From: Bdellovibrionota bacterium
GTDB lineage: Bacteria; Bdellovibrionota_C; UBA2361; JBGSMV01
Direction of reading: 5' to 3'
Length of the DNA: 64,000 bases
Assembly (NCBI GenBank): GCA_041739995.1
Contig: JBGSMV010000031.1
Span: 64,001-128,000, forward strand
In this document: positions 52,340 through 61,919 of the stretch, in pieces
How the letters are laid out: the number at the start of each line of letters is the position of its first letter
Position numbering within the stretch: position 1 is the stretch's first letter
The notes under the pieces: generated by a model
The model's input: the letters and a program-made list of their open reading frames with translations, nothing else
Database searches by the model: none
What the model was told of the DNA's origin: nothing
Program-made: the position numbers and the translations under genes

Positions 52340-53515
52340 ATGACAGAGATTTCATCAATTGAGCCGAACGTTGATCTGATTCGTATCGACGATAAGGAAA
52401 TTTACCTTGTGGGCACCGCCCACGTCAGCCACGAAAGTACCGCACTGGTAGAAAGAATTATTCGTTCCCATCGGGCTAATTCGGTTGCCATTGAGCTGTG
52501 CGAGCCACGCTACCAGTCACTCAAGAATCCCGATCGTTGGAAGAATACGGATTTGGTCGCAATCATGCGCGAAGGCAAAGCCTACGTACTGATGGCGCAA
52601 CTGATGCTTGCCGCCTTTCAGAAAAAGTTAGGGGACCAGCTTAAGATTAAGCCGGGCGCTGAGATGCTACGCGCCGCGGAAGTAGCTGAAGCTGAAGGCG
52701 CCACAATTGTGCTTGCAGATCGCAATGTCACCACAACTCTAAAGCGCACCTGGGCTGCGCTTGGCTTCTGGTCGATGATGAAGGTTCTCGGCGCAATGAT
52801 CGGGGGGCTCTTTACCGAGCAAAAGATTGATGCCGCAGAAATCGAGCGTTTGAAATCAAGCGATGCGCTCGACGCACTGATGGAAGAATTCTCGCAGACA
52901 TTGCCCGAAGTGAGAGACACCCTCATTGATGAAAGAGATCAATATTTGGCAGTAAAGATTCGAGAGGCTCCGGGACCAAAAATCATCGCGATAGTAGGAG
53001 CCGGGCATGTGCCCGGCATAAAACGCTACTTGGGTGAGCCGATCGATCTGAAGAAACTAGAAGAAATTCCGCCACCGCACCTAATCACCCGCATGGTAGG
53101 TTGGGGAATTCCGCTCGCCTTTCTAAGTCTGATCGTAGCCGGCTTTTTCGTTTCGGGCGGCAGCGCAACCATGGAGATGGTTGGTTGGTGGATCGTGGTT
53201 ACAGGCAGTTTTGCTGCACTTGGCTCCCTAGTCGCCCTGGCCCACCCGCTTACAATTCTTTCAGCCTTCGTCGCCGCACCACTGACCACCATTCATCCTA
53301 TTTTGGCTTCTGGCTGGGTGGCAGGCCTCGTAGAGGCTATGATTAGACGCCCCAGGGTAGGAGACCTTGAGCATATTGCTGATGATCTCGGGACGTTGCG
53401 GGGGTGGTGGAAAAACCGCGTAAGCCGAGTTCTGCTGATCATGGCTATGACCAATCTTTTTGGTACAATCGGGGCGCTCTGGGGGATTAAGGTAGTGGCC
53501 AGCATGGTATCTTAA
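52340..53515 (+). CDS. TraB/GumN (pheromone shutdown) family protein
   Basis: LVGTAHVS, VAIELC, PGAEM, LIDERD, VGAGHVPGI, C-terminal TMs. Confidence 0.92.
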   Translation: MTEISSIEPNVDLIRIDDKEIYLVGTAHVSHESTALVERIIRSHRANSVAIELCEPRYQSLKNPDRWKNTDLVAIMREGKAYVLMAQLMLAAFQKKLGDQLKIKPGAEMLRAAEVAEAEGATIVLADRNVTTTLKRTWAALGFWSMMKVLGAMIGGLFTEQKIDAAEIERLKSSDALDALMEEFSQTLPEVRDTLIDERDQYLAVKIREAPGPKIIAIVGAGHVPGIKRYLGEPIDLKKLEEIPPPHLITRMVGWGIPLAFLSLIVAGFFVSGGSATMEMVGWWIVVTGSFAALGSLVALAHPLTILSAFVAAPLTTIHPILASGWVAGLVEAMIRRPRVGDLEHIADDLGTLRGWWKNRVSRVLLIMAMTNLFGTIGALWGIKVVASMVS

Positions 53516-53642
53516 GTCAGTGATACCCTGCACAATATATCCCTCGAGGAGTATCCCTCGAGGAGTTGTACCCCTAGGAGTTCAAGCCTCAAGTAGGCCA
53601 TCTTCGGACTCTTTTGAAGTTAATAGCCTGATTTTCATTGTC

Positions 53643-54668
53643 ATGACTCGTTCAAACTCCCTCCGTAATGTTGCTGCTCCGCCCCAATCCTCGCTTGAAT
53701 TCGCGAGACAGTTCCTTATGCAAATCGCCTCGGGCGTTCACTCGGTAGCCGAAGTGCTCGATGGTCGCTTCGACGCAGCCGTGGACTTACTATGCGAAGT
53801 ACCCGATTCAGGGCGTATCATTACGTGCGGTGCGGGAAAGACCGGTATTATAGGCGAGAAGCTCTCGGCGACGCTGTCTAGCGTTGGGTTCCCTTCGTTT
53901 TCACTTCATCCTGCGGATGCCGCGCATGGAGATCTAGGGCGCATCACCGCGACGGACCTGGTCCTTTTGCTTTCCAATAATGGCGCAACCGCTGAGTTGG
54001 TGCGTCTGCTACCAGCTCTTAAGAGCATTGGCTGCAAAACTATAGCGATTAGCGCCAACCAGGATTCATCGCTGGCGCATGCAGCCTCGATCTTTCTTCC
54101 TCTTCCCAAACTTCAAGAAGCTGGTCCACTTGGGCTCGCACCAACTTCATCAGCTGTTGCTTTGCTTGCTCTTGGCGACGCCCTCATCATGAGCGCCGTT
54201 TCGCGTCGTGGCTTCACGGCTGAGCAATTTGCAAGTCGTCATCCCGGAGGATTACTTGGTAAGACTCTTCTACTCGTAAAAGACGTGATGCGTCGAGGAG
54301 ACCAGCTTTGCGTCGTCCCAGAATCAATGATTTGTCGTGAAGTTCTGCATCGCATCACGCTCACGCGCGGAAAACCAGGTTGCGCTGGTGTGGTGAACGA
54401 CGCCGGTAATCTGTGTGGCGTCTTTACTGATGGCGACTTGCGACGCTGCCTTGATGATTCCTCTCAGGATGCTGCTTCCGTGTTCCTCGATCGGCCGATC
54501 GCATCGGTGATGAGCAAAAATCCTAAATGCCTCGAAGGCGATACTGCTCTAGTGGGCGAGGCCCTTCGTCTGATGAATCAGTATCAAATCGACCAGGTCT
54601 TTGTGATAGACGAAGCCAGGAAACCACTCGGCTTGCTTGATATCCAAGACATCGTTCAGGTCAGCTAG
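53643..54668 (+). CDS. kdsD: Arabinose-5-phosphate isomerase (KpsF/GutQ)
   Basis: GAGKTG, HGDLG, LAPTSS, HPGGLLG, FTDGDLRR CBS pair. Confidence 0.92.
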   Translation: MTRSNSLRNVAAPPQSSLEFARQFLMQIASGVHSVAEVLDGRFDAAVDLLCEVPDSGRIITCGAGKTGIIGEKLSATLSSVGFPSFSLHPADAAHGDLGRITATDLVLLLSNNGATAELVRLLPALKSIGCKTIAISANQDSSLAHAASIFLPLPKLQEAGPLGLAPTSSAVALLALGDALIMSAVSRRGFTAEQFASRHPGGLLGKTLLLVKDVMRRGDQLCVVPESMICREVLHRITLTRGKPGCAGVVNDAGNLCGVFTDGDLRRCLDDSSQDAASVFLDRPIASVMSKNPKCLEGDTALVGEALRLMNQYQIDQVFVIDEARKPLGLLDIQDIVQVS

Positions 54669-54710
54669 AGACCGCACGCAATTCTTGGTGTGAACGCCTA
54701 CGGCCCCCTC

Positions 54711-55094
54711 TCAGCCCTGGTTGCTGCGTGCCTTAACTTGAACTGCGTATGAGGTAAGGTGCTCCACGAATCGGGTGTGTAAATCATACCGCAAAAAGAC
54801 CTCGGTCGGTCTTGCCTGCCGAGCAAGCTTTTTAAGATCTTCGTCTTGATTTGGACAGATGCAGAGCACCGCATTATCGGTAATACGAGCAAGGTTTACC
54901 AAGGTGCGAAGCGCCCCTCGCTCCTGAATGGCTTCTAGGGCTACATCTACTATGGCAATTCGATTGGGCTGCTTTAGCTCGTAGACCAGTCGATCGAGCT
55001 TAGCAGTGCGAAGCACACGAAAGCCTGCCCGAGAGCACGCTTGTGCAATTTTATCCTGAAGAAATCCGTCAGCGCTGCAGAGTACGGCGATCAT
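54711..55094 (-). CDS. Small protein, possibly atypical receiver (REC)-like fold
   Basis: Beta/alpha pattern with IAIVDV strand; canonical REC residues only partly present. Confidence 0.5.
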   Translation of the reverse strand: MIAVLCSADGFLQDKIAQACSRAGFRVLRTAKLDRLVYELKQPNRIAIVDVALEAIQERGALRTLVNLARITDNAVLCICPNQDEDLKKLARQARPTEVFLRYDLHTRFVEHLTSYAVQVKARSNQG

Positions 55095-55200
55095 ATAGTA
55101 AGGCGCATAATCTATGCGACTTACTATATCCGCCGAGCAGACGCGAGGCCAAGTAACAAATAGTGTGTAATAAGAAACAAGCCGGGAAAATGGCTGCTCC

Positions 55201-55230
55201 AAAAAGCCACCTAAAAAGCCACCTAAAAAG
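55201..55230. repeat. 12-bp tandem repeat
   Basis: AAAAAGCCACCT x2 plus AAAAAG. Confidence 0.8.
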
Positions 55231-55458
55231 GTTGCCCGGTGCCATTTTTCAAGAAATCAAAAATATGATTCTTAGTGCCCGCTCAACTTCGAACTCGCTC
55301 AACTTACGTTACACACTATAATCACTCGATGTACTCCTCACCTAAGGAGTCGAGTTTTCGACAGAATTTCTTTAAGCATTTTTTCTAATAGATTTGCTTA
55401 GTCATTTCTCAGAATTTTCCACAATGCTTACGCGAACATAGAAAAATGCGTCTAAAAG

Positions 55459-55485
55459 TAAACTTCCGCTACCAAGCGTCGATAG
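55459..55485 (+). promoter_or_regulatory. Sigma28 (FliA) promoter of the flagellin gene
   Basis: TAAA-N15-GTCGATAG about 150 nt upstream of the flagellin ATG. Confidence 0.65.
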
Positions 55486-55638
55486 TGTTACTAGCAGATG
55501 GTGTCGTGCAGAAAACTTAAAGGCCGTTCGACTCTTCATGGACGAGGCGGAAGAATTGGCTGTGTAGGAAGGCGCATTTTCACGTGGGTGGCGAACCCTT
55601 GGTGCGTGAACGAGCGTCATTAACACAGAGGTTGACGT

Positions 55639-56433
55639 ATGGCAGATAACAATTCTAGTTCTATCAAACGATTTCTGGATCAGAGCTCCAGAGATTTTAA
55701 CAAAGCAAACGAGAGACTCTCGTCGGGGAAGCGAATCAATAAAGCTTCTGATGATGCCGCTGGTCTCGCAATCGCGCAGGCATTGCTTGCTGAGGAGAAA
55801 ACCCTCTCAGTCGCTTCCAGAAATATTAGTGACGGAACCTCGGTTTCTGCGATTCAAGATGCCGCAGTCGCGACTATCTCTGACATAAGTATCCGGCAGG
55901 CTGAGCTTGCCGCTCAGTCTGCAAATGGCACTCTTAGTGATGAGCAGCGAGTGGCGCTCGATACGGAGTATCAGGCTCTGGGACAAGAAGCACAGCGAAT
56001 CGCCGCTACCTCAGAATTTAACGGGGTAAATGTCTTGCAGTCAGGCGTAACGCTCCAGGTCGGCACGGACTCAAGCGCCAATTCTCAGATCTCACTCCAA
56101 GGCTCAGACGTTGCCGCTCTCACCGGGGCAATTGGCAATATTCTCACTGCTGGTGCAGCCGTTACGGCCCTCGATTCAGCAACTTCTAGAGTCGATGCGG
56201 CAGCGACAACGCGTGGAGAATTTGGCGCAGCGACCGCACGACTCGATTACGCAGATGCCAACATCGCTTCTCGTCGTGAGAATGTTGCCGCAGCCCGCTC
56301 TAGGATTGAAGACGCCGACGTGGCAACTGAGGTAGCAAACCAAACCTCTGCGCGCATAAGGCAACAAGCAGCAACAGCCGTTTCAGCTCAGGCAAATATC
56401 TCACAGCAAGCGGTGGCGAACCTGCTGCGATAA
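55639..56433 (+). CDS. fliC: Flagellin, minimal D0/D1 type
   Basis: ERLSSGKRINKASDDAAGLAIA, QSANGT, FNGVNVL, LQVG, RSRIEDADVATE, AQAN. Confidence 0.92.
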   Translation: MADNNSSSIKRFLDQSSRDFNKANERLSSGKRINKASDDAAGLAIAQALLAEEKTLSVASRNISDGTSVSAIQDAAVATISDISIRQAELAAQSANGTLSDEQRVALDTEYQALGQEAQRIAATSEFNGVNVLQSGVTLQVGTDSSANSQISLQGSDVAALTGAIGNILTAGAAVTALDSATSRVDAAATTRGEFGAATARLDYADANIASRRENVAAARSRIEDADVATEVANQTSARIRQQAATAVSAQANISQQAVANLLR

Positions 56434-56460
56434 TTCCTGATTGCGGGAGAAAACACTAAG

Positions 56461-57264
56461 ATGCCGATTCGAATTGGAGATACTCAACTGAGCAGACTTG
56501 GACAGCAAACAGCTGTCGGGGGATCTGCGCGCGTGAGAGGAAACAATTCCGTTGAAGCTACGCTACGCAGCACCGACAGCGATGCCGCTCGAATAACGCT
56601 AAGCCAACAAGGTCCCCCTCCGGAGCAATCTCCGTTTCCAGGAATCTCCTCTCTACTGGATAGTCGTAAACAAGCTATATCAGCGGTAAGCGATTTACGC
56701 TCCCAGCAACTCGAACTGAGTGAACGTGCTGAGGGGGTAGCGGTTGGACGAGAGCTCACTTCAATCTCCGAACAGGTGAGCGCCATTGAAACTGAAATTT
56801 CACGGGTGACTTCGAGCGCAACCTTTAACGGCACTAACGTGCTTCAGGGTAATGTGTTCGGCACTCTGGACACTGGAAATCAGGGGGAAGGCTTTGTCAT
56901 CTCAGTGGCAGACGCAAATGCCTTGGCCAACACCGAGATAGACTCTATCTCCACTCCCAATGATGCAGTCGCCGTCTCAAACCAACTTAAACAGATACTC
57001 ACTGACGTAGGTAGATTTGAACAAGATACTGAACAAGCCCAAGAAGTAGCATCGAACCCTGCTTCTACCCGCCCGGAGTTGGTCTCAGAGCCCAGAGACC
57101 AACTCTCGGTGGAAGAAGCAGACGCCCTGGCCCAATCAATCACCCAACAGCTCTCTCAGACTCTTCAGAACCAGTTCGGAGCGGGCACCACTTCTCTATC
57201 CCTGATTGACGCCCTCTCCGCCGGACTTAACCCAGAGCGAGTCAATGAGCTTATCCAGGATTAG
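56461..57264 (+). CDS. Highly diverged flagellin-like protein
   Basis: EISRVTSSATFNGTNVLQG, DSDAARITLS, C-terminal LNPERVNELI; core motifs eroded. Confidence 0.65.
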   Translation: MPIRIGDTQLSRLGQQTAVGGSARVRGNNSVEATLRSTDSDAARITLSQQGPPPEQSPFPGISSLLDSRKQAISAVSDLRSQQLELSERAEGVAVGRELTSISEQVSAIETEISRVTSSATFNGTNVLQGNVFGTLDTGNQGEGFVISVADANALANTEIDSISTPNDAVAVSNQLKQILTDVGRFEQDTEQAQEVASNPASTRPELVSEPRDQLSVEEADALAQSITQQLSQTLQNQFGAGTTSLSLIDALSAGLNPERVNELIQD

Positions 57265-57392
57265 CGTCGCGTCTTCCTTAGCCTCCCCAAAGGCCCTCTA
57301 GTTACAACCAAACCAGACTCTCCTTCTTGAGCCTTCTCCCTCTGAGGCTACGAGTATCCGATCTCCTCCATATAGGCTGGTATCCGCGACAC

Positions 57393-57419
57393 GAAACTTT
57401 CTCCCCCAATCTCCGATGA
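57393..57419 (+). promoter_or_regulatory. Possible sigma28-like promoter upstream of the pilin cluster
   Basis: GAAA-CTTTCTCCCCCAATC-TCCGATGA; spacer resembles that at 48926 (CTTTCTTCCCAAATC). Confidence 0.35.
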
Positions 57420-57515
57420 TCATTGGCGTGTGTCTGTCCCCCCTGGGCTCACAAACAATTGCCAGGAAGGCCAGATTCAACCCGCAGATCAGAGTTAACT
57501 CAGGAGTGCTTTCAG

Positions 57516-57956
57516 ATGAAGACACAAACAAGATCCATTCATGGAAGCACCATTTTGGAACTTATCGTCGCCATTACCGTGGCTGGACTTGTCTTGTCCT
57601 CCGCAGCCTTTACCGGCTCCATGTCCGGAACCATGCCTCCAAGGCGCGCCTGCAATGCCACAGCCAACTTCTTGGAAATCTCCCGTGCACATGCACTCGC
57701 CCACCAGATTTCGGTCGAGGTGGTCAGCGCGGCTGAAGGTCTGGACGCCAAGCTTCCCACATCGAAACCCTCTCTCTCTCTCAGACTCACTCCGCTAAGA
57801 GCTTCTATTCAGTCTGGTGACGGCCACAGCCTAAGTTTTCACCCCAATCTAAGCGCAAGCCCTGCCACATTAACGCTTGGGACAGCAAACTCGCACCTGA
57901 CTCAGTGCGTCATTAAGATCTCTATTCGGGGTCGCATTCGAGTGAGCGACGCATGA
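57516..57956 (+). CDS. Prepilin-type protein (FimT/GspH-like)
   Basis: Class III signal G|STILELIVAI; C-terminal ISIRGRIR. Confidence 0.75.
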   Translation: MKTQTRSIHGSTILELIVAITVAGLVLSSAAFTGSMSGTMPPRRACNATANFLEISRAHALAHQISVEVVSAAEGLDAKLPTSKPSLSLRLTPLRASIQSGDGHSLSFHPNLSASPATLTLGTANSHLTQCVIKISIRGRIRVSDA

Positions 57957-58264
57957 TTCCTCCACGTTTCAACCCCTATGGATTCTCTTTACTCGAGCTG
58001 ACCATCACCCTCGGCATTCTGAGCATACTGTCTGTGGTGCTCGCACAAGAGATCGGAAACTTTAAACACCAACGACTCACCAGAGATCTCTTGATCGGCG
58101 CATCTGCGGATAAGCACCCTTCAGACCCCTCTCCAGAAAACCTTAACTGCTCAATTACACCGATTGAAGCGCTGCATGAACTTTTGCTGAGTTGCACTGA
58201 CCGAGCTCCAGCATCACCGCATAAATCGCTTCGAGTTTGGCTCATCCCCATGAGGCGCCCATGA
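57953..58264 (+). CDS. Prepilin-type protein (PilV/GspI-like)
   Basis: G|FSLLELTITLGIL; ATGA coupling. Confidence 0.75.
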   Translation: MIPPRFNPYGFSLLELTITLGILSILSVVLAQEIGNFKHQRLTRDLLIGASADKHPSDPSPENLNCSITPIEALHELLLSCTDRAPASPHKSLRVWLIPMRRP

Positions 58265-59154
58265 CGCATAAAGTACGACCGAATCACATGAACGGACTTT
58301 CCTTGCTTGAAATGTTGGTCTCTCTTGCTCTGCTCTCGCTGCTTGTCTCTCTCGTACTTTCGTTTGGAAAAAGCGTTCATCTTATTCATGTACAAAGAAT
58401 CAAAGCTCAAAATCAGCAATTAGATCTTCTAATGCTAAACGCAATCACCCAGCGATTGGTGCGCCACTCAGATTCCCATCGCCTCGCACTGCTACCTGTG
58501 ATTCATTCAAACGGAAATATCCGCTACTCAGATGGCACCAAAGTCCAGCAACTTTTTGACTCTCCTCATTTTGCGCCCCGCGCAAGCACCGACGCAATTA
58601 GCAGTCTGGCACTGCGGACCGATGCGCTGCTGAAAGTTAAAACCTGCTCCAGTAACGGGACTACGCTGACCGCGAATGTTTGTGCTCTATCCACACGATC
58701 ACCACGACTAGAGGGCACCAGAAATGTGCTGCTTGTCTCGCCGGAGTCTCTGCGAGTTCACTCCGGCAACATTCGCGGGTCTGGGTCATGTCGGCGCGTG
58801 ATCGTACAACGAGGAGCCAGTCTTTTTGATGATGCCTATGAGCATCCCCTTTCATGCTCCACCTGGCTCGTTGTTCCCGTCACCGATGTTGAAACCTACT
58901 TCTTTGATACGCAGTGGAACCTACGCCTGGCACGGTTTCAAGGTCCTCGCGTCATTGAAAATCAACCGATCCGCAGCATGTCCTTAGATAAGGATTCGAA
59001 AATTTCCTTTGAGCTCAATCACTCCGAACTCGAGTTTATCCTTAGTTATCAAGTGCAAGGTTCCGAGGCCGAAGTCTCCAGGCTCACTCTAAAAAACAGC
59101 TTCCGCGGTGCACTGGCACGTCGACTATCCTCACACCTTACCTTCAACTTTTAA
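58261..59154 (+). CDS. Prepilin-type protein (PilW/GspJ-like)
   Basis: G|LSLLEMLVSLALL; ATGA coupling. Confidence 0.75.
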   Translation: MTHKVRPNHMNGLSLLEMLVSLALLSLLVSLVLSFGKSVHLIHVQRIKAQNQQLDLLMLNAITQRLVRHSDSHRLALLPVIHSNGNIRYSDGTKVQQLFDSPHFAPRASTDAISSLALRTDALLKVKTCSSNGTTLTANVCALSTRSPRLEGTRNVLLVSPESLRVHSGNIRGSGSCRRVIVQRGASLFDDAYEHPLSCSTWLVVPVTDVETYFFDTQWNLRLARFQGPRVIENQPIRSMSLDKDSKISFELNHSELEFILSYQVQGSEAEVSRLTLKNSFRGALARRLSSHLTFNF

Positions 59155-59167
59155 TTGATTGACATCT

Positions 59168-60001
59168 ATGAAAACTCGAAGACCAATGCCGCATTCAAGA
59201 GATTGTCGTTCCGAAGGAGGAACAATAGCGATCGTGCTGCCGTTGCTGGCACTGCTCGCCGGCTTAATTGGAATAGGCGTGGTTAACTCTCAAGTTTTTG
59301 GTATCAGAGTTGCTGCTGACTCTGTGCATGCAAGTCTGGCGGCTCCCCACGCTTCCCTTGCAGCTCTGGTGTCTGTGGCATCTATGCCGCAGTCGCCTGG
59401 CATTCACCTACAGCGCTCTGCTTTTCGTCGTGGACGTGCCACTAGCCACATTTCTGCGGTGGTTGCTCGATCGGACTTTCGGCCGATGTTCCATCTCCAG
59501 GCGTTAACCCCAAGGATATGCAACTGCCGAGAATGTTTCGATGGAACTGAAACCATAAGCATGCTGGCAAGTCACTTCGAGTCCCTACTGAGCAGCAACA
59601 CTTGCGCCATACCAAATCCGCTCATCATATCCCAAGCGACTCTCTATAATGGGAATCTTGAAGTTACCTCGCTGCGCAGTAGCTCTCTCGATTCCTTGCG
59701 CCCGAACTCTCTTATCGCCGGCGGACGGCTACAGGTTGAAGAGCTCTTCATATCTGGAACAGGTTTTTTGATAGCCGGAGGGGACATAGAGATAGCGAGA
59801 ATCACCGGAGGCATAGACGCAGAAGCTATTCTCATTTCACGTACCGGGACGATAAAACTCTCGGATATAAGTCCTCAAGTTCAAGTCCGAGCCATTGCTC
59901 ATGGCACCACGACCCCTTCGCAGATAGCAGTCCAGTATCTCGACGAACCCGCACTTCCGACCTCGCTAGCATTGCTACTTGGATTCCAATCCAACGGCTA
60001 A
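59168..60001 (+). CDS. PilX/GspK-like minor pilin
   Basis: RSEG|GTIAIVLPLL lacks Glu5, as typical of PilX/GspK; fourth gene in the cluster. Confidence 0.6.
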   Translation: MKTRRPMPHSRDCRSEGGTIAIVLPLLALLAGLIGIGVVNSQVFGIRVAADSVHASLAAPHASLAALVSVASMPQSPGIHLQRSAFRRGRATSHISAVVARSDFRPMFHLQALTPRICNCRECFDGTETISMLASHFESLLSSNTCAIPNPLIISQATLYNGNLEVTSLRSSSLDSLRPNSLIAGGRLQVEELFISGTGFLIAGGDIEIARITGGIDAEAILISRTGTIKLSDISPQVQVRAIAHGTTTPSQIAVQYLDEPALPTSLALLLGFQSNG

Positions 60002-60114
60002 CTCCCTTAAAATTCTGTAGGTTTTGATTTATGCTACAGAGTCACCCCAACCCAGCATACCAGCCTGTAGGGCCTGCAAGCCTGGAGGCGTGTATTATTT
60101 ACAAGGAGTTCAAA

Positions 60115-60630
60115 ATGAAGCGTTGGTCAATTCTTTCTCTTTCCTTTGCCGTAGCACTTTCCGTTAATTTCGCAGGTTCATTCTTCACCATCTCAACAGC
60201 CGATGCGCAGTCAACGCGTAGGGAATGCGTGGCAACCGCGAACTCAGAGCGAGATGTGTGCACTTCTACCTGTCGCTCCACTAGAGAAGACACAATCCTT
60301 ACCTGCAATGCACCCGAAGGTGATTGCGGAGACCAGTGTAAAGCTGCTTTTCTCTCATGTATGGAGCCGGTGTCTGATGCGCGCCAAGCTTGTGTCGGAA
60401 CCTGTGATGCGTCATACGACGCGTCTCGAGTCTCTTGCGCAGCCGCATGCGGATGCACACAGGGAACCAACTGCGGAGGATCCTCCTGCTTTGGAAACTG
60501 TATGGATGTTCCTACCGTCGCAAGAGCTACCTGCAAAGTGAGCTGTATGCGCCGGACTGACATCAAAGCTGCTAGAGCCGCGTGTGCACGCTCGCTTAGA
60601 ACCTGCGCGCGCGTTTGCGTTCGAATGTAG
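60115..60630 (+). CDS. Secreted cysteine-rich protein
   Basis: AAGGAG RBS, signal peptide ending ADA, 20 Cys with recurring CxxxC. Confidence 0.8.
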   Translation: MKRWSILSLSFAVALSVNFAGSFFTISTADAQSTRRECVATANSERDVCTSTCRSTREDTILTCNAPEGDCGDQCKAAFLSCMEPVSDARQACVGTCDASYDASRVSCAAACGCTQGTNCGGSSCFGNCMDVPTVARATCKVSCMRRTDIKAARAACARSLRTCARVCVRM

Positions 60631-60821
60631 TTACTAGCTACTTACGAGCCCCTGGAGATCTTTGGCTGCGCTGTCCCGCACCTCGATCTCGGGGGCATTC
60701 CTTATCGAACCGCCCGGAAAGGTAAAAGCATTCCCTGTTCCAATTTCTAGAGAACCGACCTCGAAATTGGGAATTTTGCCACCCCTTCGCCTATTCCCGA
60801 GATCCTGCCTATCAAAGAGGG

Positions 60822-61841
60822 ATGAATACCCGTGCTTCGATTGAAATCTGTAACCGAGAACGTCAAAGAGCAGTGGATAGAGACCTTTCGCCACTCGAAC
60901 CACTAATAGCTCACGAACGCCGCCGTGCAGCACTTCCTGATGAGGCACAGAAGATCGAACCGCATGAAATCTTACTCATTCCTAAACTCAGCCGCTTTAC
61001 TCTTGACCAACAAGAGTTGGGACTCGGTCCAAGCGCCATAGAGAAGTGGTACCGCTCTCAAGGACTAGATGCACAGCGCATTATTATTGGACATGAGCGA
61101 CAACAACTCGCACTTCAAGTAGCTCGCGAGCAGTTGCCAGCAGACTCTGTAGTATTCCGTGATGAAATAAGCGCCACGCAGCTTGAAAATCGAAAGCTGG
61201 TCATCGCACTGGGTGGCGACAATCACTTCTGCTACGTCGCGGGCCTTCTAAAACACACCTTCATTGCTGGAGTAAATTCCGACCCAACGCAAAGTGAGGG
61301 CGCGATGACCTATTTTGATGCAAGCGAACTCAATAAGCTGATCCAAGCGGTCAGAACAGGTAATTTTCTCATAGAGGATTGGACTCGACTTGGAGTGTCA
61401 GTCGGAGGCAGAGACGTTGGTCTTGCGCTGAATGACGTTTTTCTTGGCGAAGCAGAACGTCACTTCATGTCTCGGCATCTAATAAAACTGGGTAGCCTGG
61501 AGGAAGAGCAGAAAGGGTCGGGACTGCTCGTGGTCACGGGTTCGGACTCCTATGGATGGTATCGCTCTGCGTCTCGATATTTACATAAGGATGGAGATCC
61601 CTTTTCGAAGACGTCTGTAGAAGCTCGCTTCCTACTCACTGAGCCATATTGTGGAACATTGAACTGTGCCAGTCATACGGAAGGACGAATGCTAGCCGGG
61701 GATATTCTTGAAGTCACCTCGCTGAATGATTCTCGAGGCGTGGTCATGCTTGATTCAATGACCGCGGTTCCCTTCCCAAGAGGAGCGGTCGCCCAAGTGC
61801 GCACGGCCCCACATCCACTGAGAGTCGCTACTCTTTCCTGA
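60822..61841 (+). CDS. NAD(H) kinase-like protein
   Basis: ALGGDNH, GVNSDP, ALNDVFLGE, QKGSGLLVVTGSDS. Confidence 0.78.
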   Translation: MNTRASIEICNRERQRAVDRDLSPLEPLIAHERRRAALPDEAQKIEPHEILLIPKLSRFTLDQQELGLGPSAIEKWYRSQGLDAQRIIIGHERQQLALQVAREQLPADSVVFRDEISATQLENRKLVIALGGDNHFCYVAGLLKHTFIAGVNSDPTQSEGAMTYFDASELNKLIQAVRTGNFLIEDWTRLGVSVGGRDVGLALNDVFLGEAERHFMSRHLIKLGSLEEEQKGSGLLVVTGSDSYGWYRSASRYLHKDGDPFSKTSVEARFLLTEPYCGTLNCASHTEGRMLAGDILEVTSLNDSRGVVMLDSMTAVPFPRGAVAQVRTAPHPLRVATLS

Positions 61842-61919
61842 GAATGCTCACCGATATAGATTCAGGATGCGCTCATTGCTAAAGGGGACAAGGAGCTCCG
61901 CTCTCCCTTCCAAAGTCAG

